64,000 nt of DNA. Source: Candidatus Fermentibacteraceae bacterium. Its GTDB lineage: Bacteria; Fermentibacterota; Fermentibacteria; Fermentibacterales; JCC-6. The position numbers were made by a program, and so were the translations under genes. Every line of letters starts with the position of its first letter. The first letter of the stretch is position 1. The stretch lies in contig JBGSZS010000005.1 of NCBI GenBank assembly GCA_041750285.1, positions 30,353-94,352 on the forward strand, read 5' to 3'. Shown here in pieces: positions 29,021 through 37,572 of the stretch. The notes below the pieces were generated by a model. The model was not told the DNA's origin. It saw only the letters and a program-made list of their open reading frames with translations, and ran no database searches.

Positions 29021-29738
29021 ACATGAACAGATGCGCCTCAACAGGTTTCTCGCAAGATCGGGCCGCGGGGCGCGCAGGTCCGTGGAGGAGAGCATCCGCG
29101 AAGGCATCGTGACCGTGAACGGCGTTGTGGCCCGGAATCCGGCGACGAAGGTTTCACCTTCCGACATCGTGAGGTGGGACGGTTCACGGGTTTCCATTCC
29201 GCCGGTGTTCGTTGCTGCAATGAACAAACCCGTGGGCATCGAGACCACGATGAGCACCGAAGAGCCGAGGGGGGTGCACACCCTGGCGGGGGGCATGCCC
29301 GCCGGCACCCTTCCCGTGGGCAGGCTGGACGTCAGGACCGGGGGCCTGCTTCTCTGGAGCAACGACGGAGACCTCACCTACCGCCTGACCCACCCGAAGT
29401 GGAGGGTGGAGAGGGAATACCTTCTGCTCATCCACGGCCCGACCGACCCCCGGGCCATCGAAAGGCTCCGGAAGGGATCGTTCATAGCCCAGGGGCAGTT
29501 CTCGAAGCCGGTGTCGGTTGCCAGGGCGGGCGCCGACTCGCGTCTGAAGCTTGTTCTCACAACGGGCAGGAACCGCGAGGTAAGGCGGCTCGCAACCATC
29601 TGCGGGATAAACCTCACCGGCCTTGAACGGGTGCGTTACGGCACGATCCACCTGCGCGACATCCCCAGGGGCAAATGGCGCGCCCTTTCCCCGGCCGAGA
29701 TCGCGGAACTGTATGGGCTGGTTGGGCTCAACGCTTGA
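29010..29738 (+). CDS. rluB: rRNA pseudouridine synthase (RluB/RsuA family)
   Basis: S4 domain MRLNRFLA, NKPVG, PVGRLD, LTHP, GRNREVRR. Confidence 0.88.
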   Translation: MTTEHEQMRLNRFLARSGRGARRSVEESIREGIVTVNGVVARNPATKVSPSDIVRWDGSRVSIPPVFVAAMNKPVGIETTMSTEEPRGVHTLAGGMPAGTLPVGRLDVRTGGLLLWSNDGDLTYRLTHPKWRVEREYLLLIHGPTDPRAIERLRKGSFIAQGQFSKPVSVARAGADSRLKLVLTTGRNREVRRLATICGINLTGLERVRYGTIHLRDIPRGKWRALSPAEIAELYGLVGLNA

Positions 29739-29763
29739 CTTTCCCCTGCCGGACCGAGATATT
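29735..29763 (+). promoter_or_regulatory. Putative sigma70 promoter for cmk-plsC-rpsA
   Basis: TTGACT-17nt-GATATT. Confidence 0.5.
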
Positions 29764-29796
29764 TGCGCCACTTTGAACGAGGGGATGTGAAGTTGC

Positions 29797-30450
29797 CTGC
29801 ATAGGGTCATAGCGATCGACGGGCCTGCCGCCAGCGGAAAAAGCACCACCGCCAGGCGCGTAGCCGATCTCCTCGGTTTTTCCTTCCTCAACACCGGATC
29901 GATGTACAGGGCTTCGGCCCTTGCCGTCAAACGCGCCGGGCTCTCCCTTGAAAAGGGTTCCGAGGCCGCCGCACTCCTCAGTTCCCACACATTCGGATTC
30001 ACGGCGGAGAACGGGATACTCCTCGACGGCGCCGACGTTACCGGCCTGATCAACACGGCGGAGATGGGGGAGGCCGCAAGCATCCTCTCCGCCCAGCGGG
30101 AAGTAAGGGTGTTCCTGGTCAGGCTTCAGCGGCTGTTCGCCGAGGGAAGGGACACGGTCGCGGAAGGCCGCGACATGGGCACCGTCGTCTTCCCCGACGC
30201 CTTCATGAAGGTGTACGTCGTGGCCGACGCGGCTGTCAGGGCCAGACGAAGGCTGCGCGACCTCGGCGGCGGCGACATGGGCGAAATGATCAGGCAGGTC
30301 ATCAGGCGCGACCGCCGCGACCGCTTCAGGGCGGACAGCCCGCTCAGGGTCGCCCCCGGCGCCTACTGGCTCGACGGCACGCACATGTCCCTGGCCCAGC
30401 AGGTGGACGATGTCGTAGCCGAGTACAGAAGGCTGGCGGGTGCTCCATGA
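29797..30450 (+). CDS. cmk: Cytidylate kinase
   Basis: Frame upstream of ORF 29902 gives VIAIDGPAASGKST..LNTGSMYR; EGRDMGTVVFPDA, RD..DRFR..SPL; only CTG at 29797 is available as start. Confidence 0.92.
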   Translation: MHRVIAIDGPAASGKSTTARRVADLLGFSFLNTGSMYRASALAVKRAGLSLEKGSEAAALLSSHTFGFTAENGILLDGADVTGLINTAEMGEAASILSAQREVRVFLVRLQRLFAEGRDTVAEGRDMGTVVFPDAFMKVYVVADAAVRARRRLRDLGGGDMGEMIRQVIRRDRRDRFRADSPLRVAPGAYWLDGTHMSLAQQVDDVVAEYRRLAGAP

Positions 30451-31112
30451 GGACGAGGTTCATCCACATCATCCACTGGCTGATACGACTCGTTGCAAGG
30501 GTCTTTTTCGGGCTGCGGGAAACCGGCCGCGGGAACATTCCGCGCACCGGAGCGGTGATCGTCGCCGCGAACCACATATCGGACTGGGACCCCCCGGTTC
30601 TTGGCATGGCTTCGAGCCGTGTTCCATTCTACATGGCCAAGTCCGAGCTCTTCCGGAATCCCCTGGCGGCCTTTCTCCTCAGAAAGCTCGGAGCCTTCCC
30701 GGTGAACCGCGACGGGGTGGACACGGCAGCGATACGCACATCACTTTCAATCCTCGCCCAGGGCAACATCCTCGCGATGTTCCCCGAGGGAACACGGAAC
30801 CGCAGGGGGCGTCTGGGGAGGGCGAAGCAGGGCATCGCTCTCATCGCCAGGCGCAGCGGCGCACCAATAGTGCCCGCGTACATAAGCGGAACGATGCGCC
30901 CGCTCAGCGGTTTCCAGGTGGCATTCGGGCCTCCCGTCGCCCCCGGCGAGATAGGAGCGGTTCATGCGAGCGGCGGTTACGCCGCCCTGTCCGACCTCAT
31001 AATGGAAAGGATTGCCGACACGGGAAGACGCGCCGGCACTTTTACGGGATACGATGACCTGATACCTGATTCGGATAAAGAAGCAACAGTGAACGAAAGG
31101 GAGCATTCATGA
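30447..31112 (+). CDS. plsC: 1-acyl-sn-glycerol-3-phosphate acyltransferase
   Basis: NHISDWD, MAKSELF, FPEGTR, PIVP. Confidence 0.92.
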   Translation: MRTRFIHIIHWLIRLVARVFFGLRETGRGNIPRTGAVIVAANHISDWDPPVLGMASSRVPFYMAKSELFRNPLAAFLLRKLGAFPVNRDGVDTAAIRTSLSILAQGNILAMFPEGTRNRRGRLGRAKQGIALIARRSGAPIVPAYISGTMRPLSGFQVAFGPPVAPGEIGAVHASGGYAALSDLIMERIADTGRRAGTFTGYDDLIPDSDKEATVNEREHS

Positions 31113-32923
31113 GTGCAAACGCGGAGAAGGAGTTTATCGTAGGCCTCTCCGAAGAGGACATCGAGGCGATAGAGGGACAGGACTACACAAGGGAGGAACG
31201 CAGGATACTCGAGACCCAGTACGACAACACACTGGGCCAGACCGTCCTGCGCGTGGGCACCATCGTTCCTGGCAAGATCATAGCCGCCAACGACAAGGAA
31301 GTCCTTGTCAACATCGGCTACAAGAGCGAGGGCGTCATACCCCGCCAGGAGTTCCGCAGCGACGATGAGGTCTCCGAGGGCACCAAGGTCGACGTCTTCA
31401 TCGAGAAGCTCGAGGACGACGACGGCAGGGTCTCGGTGAGCAAGGAAAAGGCCCATTTCCACAGGGTCTGGAACGACATCAAGGCGGCCTACGACGAGAG
31501 CACCGTTCTCAAGGGCACGGTCATCAAGCGGATCAAGGGCGGCCTCACGGTGCGCATCATGGGCGTTGACGCGTTCCTTCCCGGCTCCCAGGTAGCCCTC
31601 AGGCAGGTTCCGAACCTCGAGAAATTCTGCGGCGAGGAGCTCGACTTCAGGGTCATCAAGCTCAACAAGAGGCGCCGGAACATCGTCGTCAGCCGCAGGC
31701 AGGTCCTCGAGGAAGCCAGAAGCGAACTGAAGGAAACCCTGATCAAGGACCTTGACGAGGGTCAGGTGCGCATCGGCATCGTGAAGAACATCACTGATTT
31801 CGGCGCGTTCGTCGACCTTGGCGGCATCGACGGCCTTCTTCACATCACCGACATGAGCTGGGGCAGGGTGAAGCATCCCTCACAGCTCGTGAGCATCGGA
31901 GACGAGATAGAGGTGAAGGTTCTCAAGTTCGACAAGGACAAGGAGAGGATCTCACTGGGAACCAAGCAGCTCCAGCCCTTCCCCTGGGAGGGTGTGGCCG
32001 AGCGCTACCCGAAGGACGCAGTGGTCAAGGGTGTTGTCGCAAGCATCACCGACTACGGGGCGTTCATCGAGCTCGAGCCCGGAGTGGAGGGCCTCATCCA
32101 CATCAGCGAGATGTCATGGACGAAGCATGTCAGGCATCCGTCCAAGCTTCTCAACGTGGGTGAGGAGATCGAGGCCCTCGTCCTCAGCGTCAACGAGGAG
32201 GAGCGCAAGATCTCCCTCGGCATCAAGCAGACCATGGACAACCCCTGGGAGAGCATCGAGGAGAGGTATCCCATCGGCTCCCAGATCAGCGGCAGGGTGA
32301 GGAACCTCACCAGCTTCGGAGCCTTCGTCGAGATCGAGGACGGCATCGACGGCCTCGTGCACATCTCCGACATGAGCTGGACCAAGCGCATCACGCACCC
32401 CAGCGAGGTCCTCAACAAGGGCGATGAGCTGGACGTGGTGGTGCTCAGCATCGACAAGGAGAACCACCGCATAAGCCTCGGGCTCAAGCAGACCAGCGAG
32501 AACCCCTGGGACCGCATGAAGGAACAGTTCCCCGAGGGCACCGAGGTCGAGGGTGAAGTCACCCAGATCCTCGACAGGGGTGTCGTGGTCAACCTCGACC
32601 AGGACATCGAGGGTTTCGTACCCCTCAGCCAGCTCGGATGGGATGAGCTTCAAAGCCCGGACAAGGTCATGCGCGCAGGCGACAGGATCCCCCTCAGGGT
32701 CATCGAGGTGGTTCCCAGCAGCCGCAGGATAGTCCTCAGCGTGACCAGCTACTTCAACGGAAGAAGCCAGGAAGAGCTTCAGGCCTTCAGGGCGGGGTTC
32801 GAGGGCCGTCCGCCGCTCGACCCCTCCGAGATCAAACCCCTGAAGACCGTCGAAGAGACCTTCGGCGACCCCGAGCCTCCCTCCGCTGACGCGGAAGAGG
32901 CGGAAGAAGCCGGGGAGGAATAA
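31109..32923 (+). CDS. rpsA: 30S ribosomal protein S1
   Basis: Six S1 domains (AFLPGSQV, FGAFVDLGGIDGLLHITDMSW, etc.). Confidence 0.98.
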   Translation: MSANAEKEFIVGLSEEDIEAIEGQDYTREERRILETQYDNTLGQTVLRVGTIVPGKIIAANDKEVLVNIGYKSEGVIPRQEFRSDDEVSEGTKVDVFIEKLEDDDGRVSVSKEKAHFHRVWNDIKAAYDESTVLKGTVIKRIKGGLTVRIMGVDAFLPGSQVALRQVPNLEKFCGEELDFRVIKLNKRRRNIVVSRRQVLEEARSELKETLIKDLDEGQVRIGIVKNITDFGAFVDLGGIDGLLHITDMSWGRVKHPSQLVSIGDEIEVKVLKFDKDKERISLGTKQLQPFPWEGVAERYPKDAVVKGVVASITDYGAFIELEPGVEGLIHISEMSWTKHVRHPSKLLNVGEEIEALVLSVNEEERKISLGIKQTMDNPWESIEERYPIGSQISGRVRNLTSFGAFVEIEDGIDGLVHISDMSWTKRITHPSEVLNKGDELDVVVLSIDKENHRISLGLKQTSENPWDRMKEQFPEGTEVEGEVTQILDRGVVVNLDQDIEGFVPLSQLGWDELQSPDKVMRAGDRIPLRVIEVVPSSRRIVLSVTSYFNGRSQEELQAFRAGFEGRPPLDPSEIKPLKTVEETFGDPEPPSADAEEAEEAGEE

Positions 32924-34222
32924 GTGGTGAGCGCGGGGAACCGGGCGTTCCCCGCCGCTTTGCAGGCATGCCACCCGAGGGTGTTCGGATACACCCTCGG
33001 GTGTCGTCTTAACTCCTGCGAGACCGATGCCATGGTTGCATCCCTCGCCAAGGGTCTCGATGGGACCGCCACGGCCTCCCACCGCGACGCCGACATCATC
33101 GTCGTCAACACCTGCACGGTGACGGGACGCAGCGCCGCCAGGTGCCGCAAGGCCGTGAAGGGGTTCCGCCAGAAGAACCCCGACGCCCTTCTCATCGTAA
33201 CGGGCTGCGCCGCCCAGACCGATCCCGGTCAGTTCCCGGGCATGGACAATTGCCTTGTCCTTGGAAACGGCTTCAAGGAAAGCCTTCCCGACATCGTGAA
33301 GGGTCTTCCGCCGCAGCATCTGCCGGACGGTGTCATCTTCCCTTCGGAAACCGCCCGCGGACGAAGGACCAGGGCGTTCCTGAAGGTTCAGGACGGCTGC
33401 GACAACCGGTGCACCTACTGCATCGTGCCACTGGCACGTGGCTCATCCCGAAGCCAGCCCCGTGAGCTCGTCATCAGGCAGGCAAAGGAGATCAGCGCAT
33501 CGGGCGCCGGGGAAGTCTGCCTTGTCGGTGTGGACCTCGCCGGCTACGGCAGGGACATCTACGGCAGCAACGGCTACGGCCTTTCGCAACTGGTTCGCGA
33601 CCTTCTCGGGATCGGCGGCTTCAGGGTCAGGCTGAGCTCTCTGGAACCCATGCGGCTCACAACCCGGACCCTTGAGGAACTCGCCCTCCCCGGCGTGTGC
33701 AGGCACTTTCACATACCCCTTCAGAGCGGCTCGCCGCGCATCCTCTCACTCATGGGCCGCGACTTCACCAAAGAAAGGGCGGAAGAGCTTCTTGCGTGCA
33801 TCCACGGCCTGTTTCCCGGCGCCTGTGTCGGAGCGGACATCATCGCGGGCTTTCCCGGCGAGACGGGGGAGGACCACGCCCTCAACATCTCACTGGCACA
33901 AGGCGGGTTGCTGGCCTATCTTCATGTGTTTCCCTACTCTCCGCGTCCCGGAACTCCCGCGGCAGGAATGAAGGGCGTCCCGCCGGGTACCGCCGCGGGC
34001 AGGGCACGTGAGCTCAGGGAGCTGTCCGAACGACTCAGAAGGGGTTTTCGTGAATCGATGAGGGGGAGCGAAGGTCTGATACTGGTGGAGGGCAGGAGGC
34101 ACGGGAACAGCCGGGTGGGGCTGACCGACAACTACATTCCCGTTGCCGCCCCGCAGGGCTCCCGCGAAGGTGAGCTCTGCCAGGTGGTACTCGATGACTC
34201 TAACATCCTCTGGAGGCTTTGA
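32924..34222 (+). CDS. mtaB: tRNA methylthiotransferase, MtaB-like radical SAM enzyme
   Basis: TLGCRLN, NTCTVT, TGC, KVQDGCDNRCTYC, HIPLQSGS, HVFPYSPRPGT, TDNY. Confidence 0.85.
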   Translation: MVSAGNRAFPAALQACHPRVFGYTLGCRLNSCETDAMVASLAKGLDGTATASHRDADIIVVNTCTVTGRSAARCRKAVKGFRQKNPDALLIVTGCAAQTDPGQFPGMDNCLVLGNGFKESLPDIVKGLPPQHLPDGVIFPSETARGRRTRAFLKVQDGCDNRCTYCIVPLARGSSRSQPRELVIRQAKEISASGAGEVCLVGVDLAGYGRDIYGSNGYGLSQLVRDLLGIGGFRVRLSSLEPMRLTTRTLEELALPGVCRHFHIPLQSGSPRILSLMGRDFTKERAEELLACIHGLFPGACVGADIIAGFPGETGEDHALNISLAQGGLLAYLHVFPYSPRPGTPAAGMKGVPPGTAAGRARELRELSERLRRGFRESMRGSEGLILVEGRRHGNSRVGLTDNYIPVAAPQGSREGELCQVVLDDSNILWRL

Positions 34223-34225
34223 GCG

Positions 34226-34825
34226 ATGCTGGTGGGTCTCACCGGGAACAGCGGCACGGGTGCAAGCACGGTTGCGGGATTCTGGCGCGAGGCGGGCGCC
34301 ACGGTATGCAGCCTCGACCACGCCGGGCACCGCCTGATGAACAAGGCCCGCACAAGAAAGGCCCTTGGCATGGACCCGAACCTTACGGGAGAGGCTGCCC
34401 GCAAGCTTCTGCGGGAAAGGGCGTTCACCGATCCCGCGGTTCTGGCCCGCATAAACGGAACGATGCATCCCGTAATGAGTCGCTGGGCAGGGTATTGCGC
34501 GGCCAGGCTCCGCAACCTCCCCGGTATCCACGTTCTCGAGGGAGCATTGATATTCGAGATGGGCATGGCCGCTGTCTTCGATGTGACGGTGGCGGTGGTG
34601 GACACCCCCGAAAGAGCCTTTTTGCGTATATTCCAACGTGACGGCGTGACAAGGGCCGCAATGCAGGGCCGGTGGCGGAACCAGTTGCCTCCCGCCTCAA
34701 AAGCGGAACGGGCGGACCTGGTCATCGATAATTCCGGCAGTATCGAAGTGCTTAAAGAAGTTTCCCTTTCCGTATATGGAAGTCTAGTTAAAATGGAGGC
34801 CCACCGTGGCGAACAAAACACGTAA
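34226..34825 (+). CDS. coaE: Dephospho-CoA kinase (P-loop lacks Lys)
   Basis: VGLTGNSGTGASTV, RERAF.D....IN...HP, RDG, Q.....K...AD.VIDNSGS. Confidence 0.85.
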   Translation: MLVGLTGNSGTGASTVAGFWREAGATVCSLDHAGHRLMNKARTRKALGMDPNLTGEAARKLLRERAFTDPAVLARINGTMHPVMSRWAGYCAARLRNLPGIHVLEGALIFEMGMAAVFDVTVAVVDTPERAFLRIFQRDGVTRAAMQGRWRNQLPPASKAERADLVIDNSGSIEVLKEVSLSVYGSLVKMEAHRGEQNT

Positions 34826-35540
34826 GCGTTTGTCCAAAACAGAGTTGAAGAAGGATCCGGTATACGACAACCTCGAGGCTGCTCTCGTTTTCATAAAGGC
34901 CCGTTACAAGGAGCTTCTGGGTGGTCTGCTCGTTCTCATACTGGCAGTGATAGCCATAAACGCGGTCACGACATCATCGAGAAGGTCCGAGCAGAACGCC
35001 ATGGCGGGCTTCATCACGGCCTCGGGGCTCTACGACCAGGCCCTGCGGGCCGCCGCCGCCGGTGACATGCAGTCAACGGTTCAGGCACTCGATGCCTGCA
35101 ACGCCATCGCGAATGAAACCTGGAACCAGCACCCCCAGCGGAGCTGGGGCCGGAGATGCGCGGTCATATCCGCCAAGGTCATGGTCCTGCAGGGGCAGAA
35201 CGACCAGGCCATTGCGCTTCTGGGCGAGCTCCTGGCCACAAGACCGGCCCGTGACATCGAGATGGCCGCACTCATCCACATGGCAACCGCGCTCGAAAAC
35301 CGGGGCAGCCCACAGGACCTTGAGAATGCCGTTGAATCCTACAACCGCGTTCTGGAACTCGCAGAAGGCAGCGAGGAGTTCACCCTGGTGACCGCGGAGA
35401 CCATGAAGGGGCTTTCCCGGGTCTCGTGGGCACAGGGTGACACACAGGGGGCTGCGGAGTGGCTTACGGCATCACTCGAACTCGTTCCCGACACGTCGGC
35501 GTTCGTGGGATATCAGCTGGCCCGGCTTAATCAGCAATAA
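34806..35540 (+). CDS. Membrane-anchored TPR protein (YfgM-like)
   Basis: Basic N-terminus KRLSKTELKKDP, single TM helix, TPR-like helices. Confidence 0.7.
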   Translation: MANKTRKRLSKTELKKDPVYDNLEAALVFIKARYKELLGGLLVLILAVIAINAVTTSSRRSEQNAMAGFITASGLYDQALRAAAAGDMQSTVQALDACNAIANETWNQHPQRSWGRRCAVISAKVMVLQGQNDQAIALLGELLATRPARDIEMAALIHMATALENRGSPQDLENAVESYNRVLELAEGSEEFTLVTAETMKGLSRVSWAQGDTQGAAEWLTASLELVPDTSAFVGYQLARLNQQ

Positions 35541-35870
35541 CATTGCCAATACATGTTAGAGCGCTGATTCAGCCACTGTTGCGCTGTTAGCGGGCCCGGA
35601 TGAATCAGCAATAGCATTACCAGTGCATGTTAGAGCGCTGATTCAGCCACTGTTGCGCTGTTAGCGGACCCTGTTGAATTAATAAAGCATAACCAGCTGC
35701 CAAGGTATTGATTCAGCCCACCGTTGCGCAATCTGCGGGGACGTACCACTGGCAAAGGTTGCGCCGTTGGCGGCCCGGCTTAATCAGCAATAACATTGCC
35801 AATACATGTTAGAGCGCTGATTCAGCCCACCGTTGCGCTGTTAGTGGGCACGGATGAATCAGAAATAACT
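35520..35870. repeat. Tandem array of ~74-bp hairpin repeats next to dif
   Basis: Units start at 35520, 35594, 35668 (diverged), 35773 and 35848 (partial); each full unit has TKAATCAGC...GCTGATTCA inverted arms and a GTTGCGCYGTTRGYGG-type linker. Confidence 0.9.
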
Positions 35871-35971
35871 CTGCCTGAGAATGATGGAGCAGGGCAGTTT
35901 TCACACCCGCAAATCGATAGCGGTTATCGGCATCCAAGGCCGATCCAGAGTGTTACGGGCGGAATAGCTCA

Positions 35972-35999
35972 ATGTCCGATAATAGATATTATGTAAAGT
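35972..35999 (+). other. Chromosomal dif site (XerC/XerD recombination site)
   Basis: ATGTCCGATAA-TAGATA-TTATGTAAAGT: 11-6-11 layout resembling E. coli GGTGCGCATAA-TGTATA-TTATGTTAAAT; located at the gene-orientation switch. Confidence 0.85.
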
Positions 36000-37572
36000 T
36001 TGCATTCTTCCCGGTTTCCCGGGCCAGCTCGCCGACAAGCTGAACAGCCCTCTCGCGAAGCGCCAGAAACCCCTCTCTTCCCGGTTCCCTTCCGGATATT
36101 GCCTGCTCAAGGTCCTTCCACAGCCGCTGGATGCTTCTGGATAGCAGCGTATCTATCTCCCTGTTGTCGAGGCAGTCCGCAAGCTCCTCGCAGCCCAGGT
36201 ATTCCCGTCCGCCGGTGAGCAGCCTGGAAAGCTCGCTCTCGAAACGGTTCAGGAGTTCTTCAGAGTTCTCCGCTGCAGCTACAGAGCCGTTGCCTTTTTT
36301 TCTCCGCCCGCTGTGAAGGATCAGTGCGGTGCTCATGATGACGAGGACTCCCAGCGACAGGATCACCCATGTCGTTGCGGGAAGCCCTTTCGAACCCCTC
36401 TCGGGGATCTCGATCTCGCGGTTCGGCCTGGGGATCGTCCTTATGTCGATGCTGCAGGGCTCCATCACCGAACTCCTGTAGCACGCGTGCTTGCGGTCAA
36501 GCCACAGCAGCGTGTCCGGGCCGAAGACCACGGTTCCAGTGTCCGACGGTTCGACGATGTAATCCCACCAGGCGCCTTCTTCATTGCTTCCCCTGGAGCT
36601 TTCGAGCACCGTTGCGGCTCCGTGTATTGTAAATGACGGCGGTTCAACGCAATACGGAGCGCCTGGGCCGGTGACGATCAGTCTGACCGACCTTTCCCCG
36701 GCCTGACCCACGGTAAAACCAAGCCTTTCGACCGCAACCTGTACGCTGTCCAGCAGAATGCCGTCCCAGCCGGCGGGTGCCGGTTCGGGGAACGGATAGA
36801 CGTCGACGGTCAGCGAATCGCTCACCAGATAATCCTTTGGGGCCGCGTAAAGAAGCCTGTTCTCGTATGTGACCTGGGCACTGACGGTTGGGATGTGAAG
36901 AACCCCGGGGCACGCGGGGACGAAAACGGCCGTGAAGAACTTCGCGCGGTTCACCCCTGATATCCTGGAGTGCTGCCATTCAATCGATTGGATCTCTTCA
37001 GTCCCGGTTATGACACCCCTCTCGGCGCCGCTCCAGGCGTACGATATATCTGCAATATTATATGATGAATATATATAATAGTCTATGGTAACGGGAATGC
37101 CGGGGTAAACCCTTCCGCGGGTATCGTTACGGATCTCAGGGGTGATCCATGAATGCCCGCGGGATGAGGGAACGGACCGGGAGGAGGTTGATGATCCAGC
37201 CCCGCTTCCGACTGCGACAACCGTCCTCCGGGGGACGGTGAAACGCCCCGCTCCCTGCGCGTCTATCTCCAGGGGACCGAGCGTCCATTCCCCCGGCGAC
37301 ACGGCGACGAACATCAGCTCGAGGGTGAACTGGTTCTGCCGGGTCGTCCCGGTGGGAGTGTTGACAGTCGCCATCGAACCCGAGGTCGCCGAGCCAACGA
37401 ACTGAAGCCCCGGGCCGGTGACGGGGGTTCCCGAGGAAATGCCCGTGCACGCCGAGGATACGCATCTGACGGTCAGGCTGAAGGTTTCACCCACACGAAT
37501 GCTGTCCGGGCACTCGACGTTCATGGGCGACGTTGCGGCCAGAACAGCGAGAAAGAACGCGAAGCCTACCAA
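35989..37572 (-). CDS. batD: BatD-family protein
   Basis: Signal peptide, IRVGETFSLTV, PGEWTLGPL Ig-like repeats, C-terminal TM helix; last gene of the Bat operon. Confidence 0.75.
   Translation of the reverse strand: MVGFAFFLAVLAATSPMNVECPDSIRVGETFSLTVRCVSSACTGISSGTPVTGPGLQFVGSATSGSMATVNTPTGTTRQNQFTLELMFVAVSPGEWTLGPLEIDAQGAGRFTVPRRTVVAVGSGAGSSTSSRSVPSSRGHSWITPEIRNDTRGRVYPGIPVTIDYYIYSSYNIADISYAWSGAERGVITGTEEIQSIEWQHSRISGVNRAKFFTAVFVPACPGVLHIPTVSAQVTYENRLLYAAPKDYLVSDSLTVDVYPFPEPAPAGWDGILLDSVQVAVERLGFTVGQAGERSVRLIVTGPGAPYCVEPPSFTIHGAATVLESSRGSNEEGAWWDYIVEPSDTGTVVFGPDTLLWLDRKHACYRSSVMEPCSIDIRTIPRPNREIEIPERGSKGLPATTWVILSLGVLVIMSTALILHSGRRKKGNGSVAAAENSEELLNRFESELSRLLTGGREYLGCEELADCLDNREIDTLLSRSIQRLWKDLEQAISGREPGREGFLALRERAVQLVGELARETGKNANFT

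Noticed and set aside
35520..35870. CRISPR array interpretation of the 74-bp repeats
   Set aside because: The would-be spacers are not unique (units 1 and 4 are identical, unit 2 nearly so) and there are no cas genes in the window
35520..35870. Integron attC array interpretation
   Set aside because: No properly spaced RYYYAAC...GTTRRRY pairs, no cassette ORFs between units and no intI
35796..35996. 66-aa ORF over the repeats and dif
   Set aside because: The 74-bp period is not a multiple of 3; no RBS or recognisable motif
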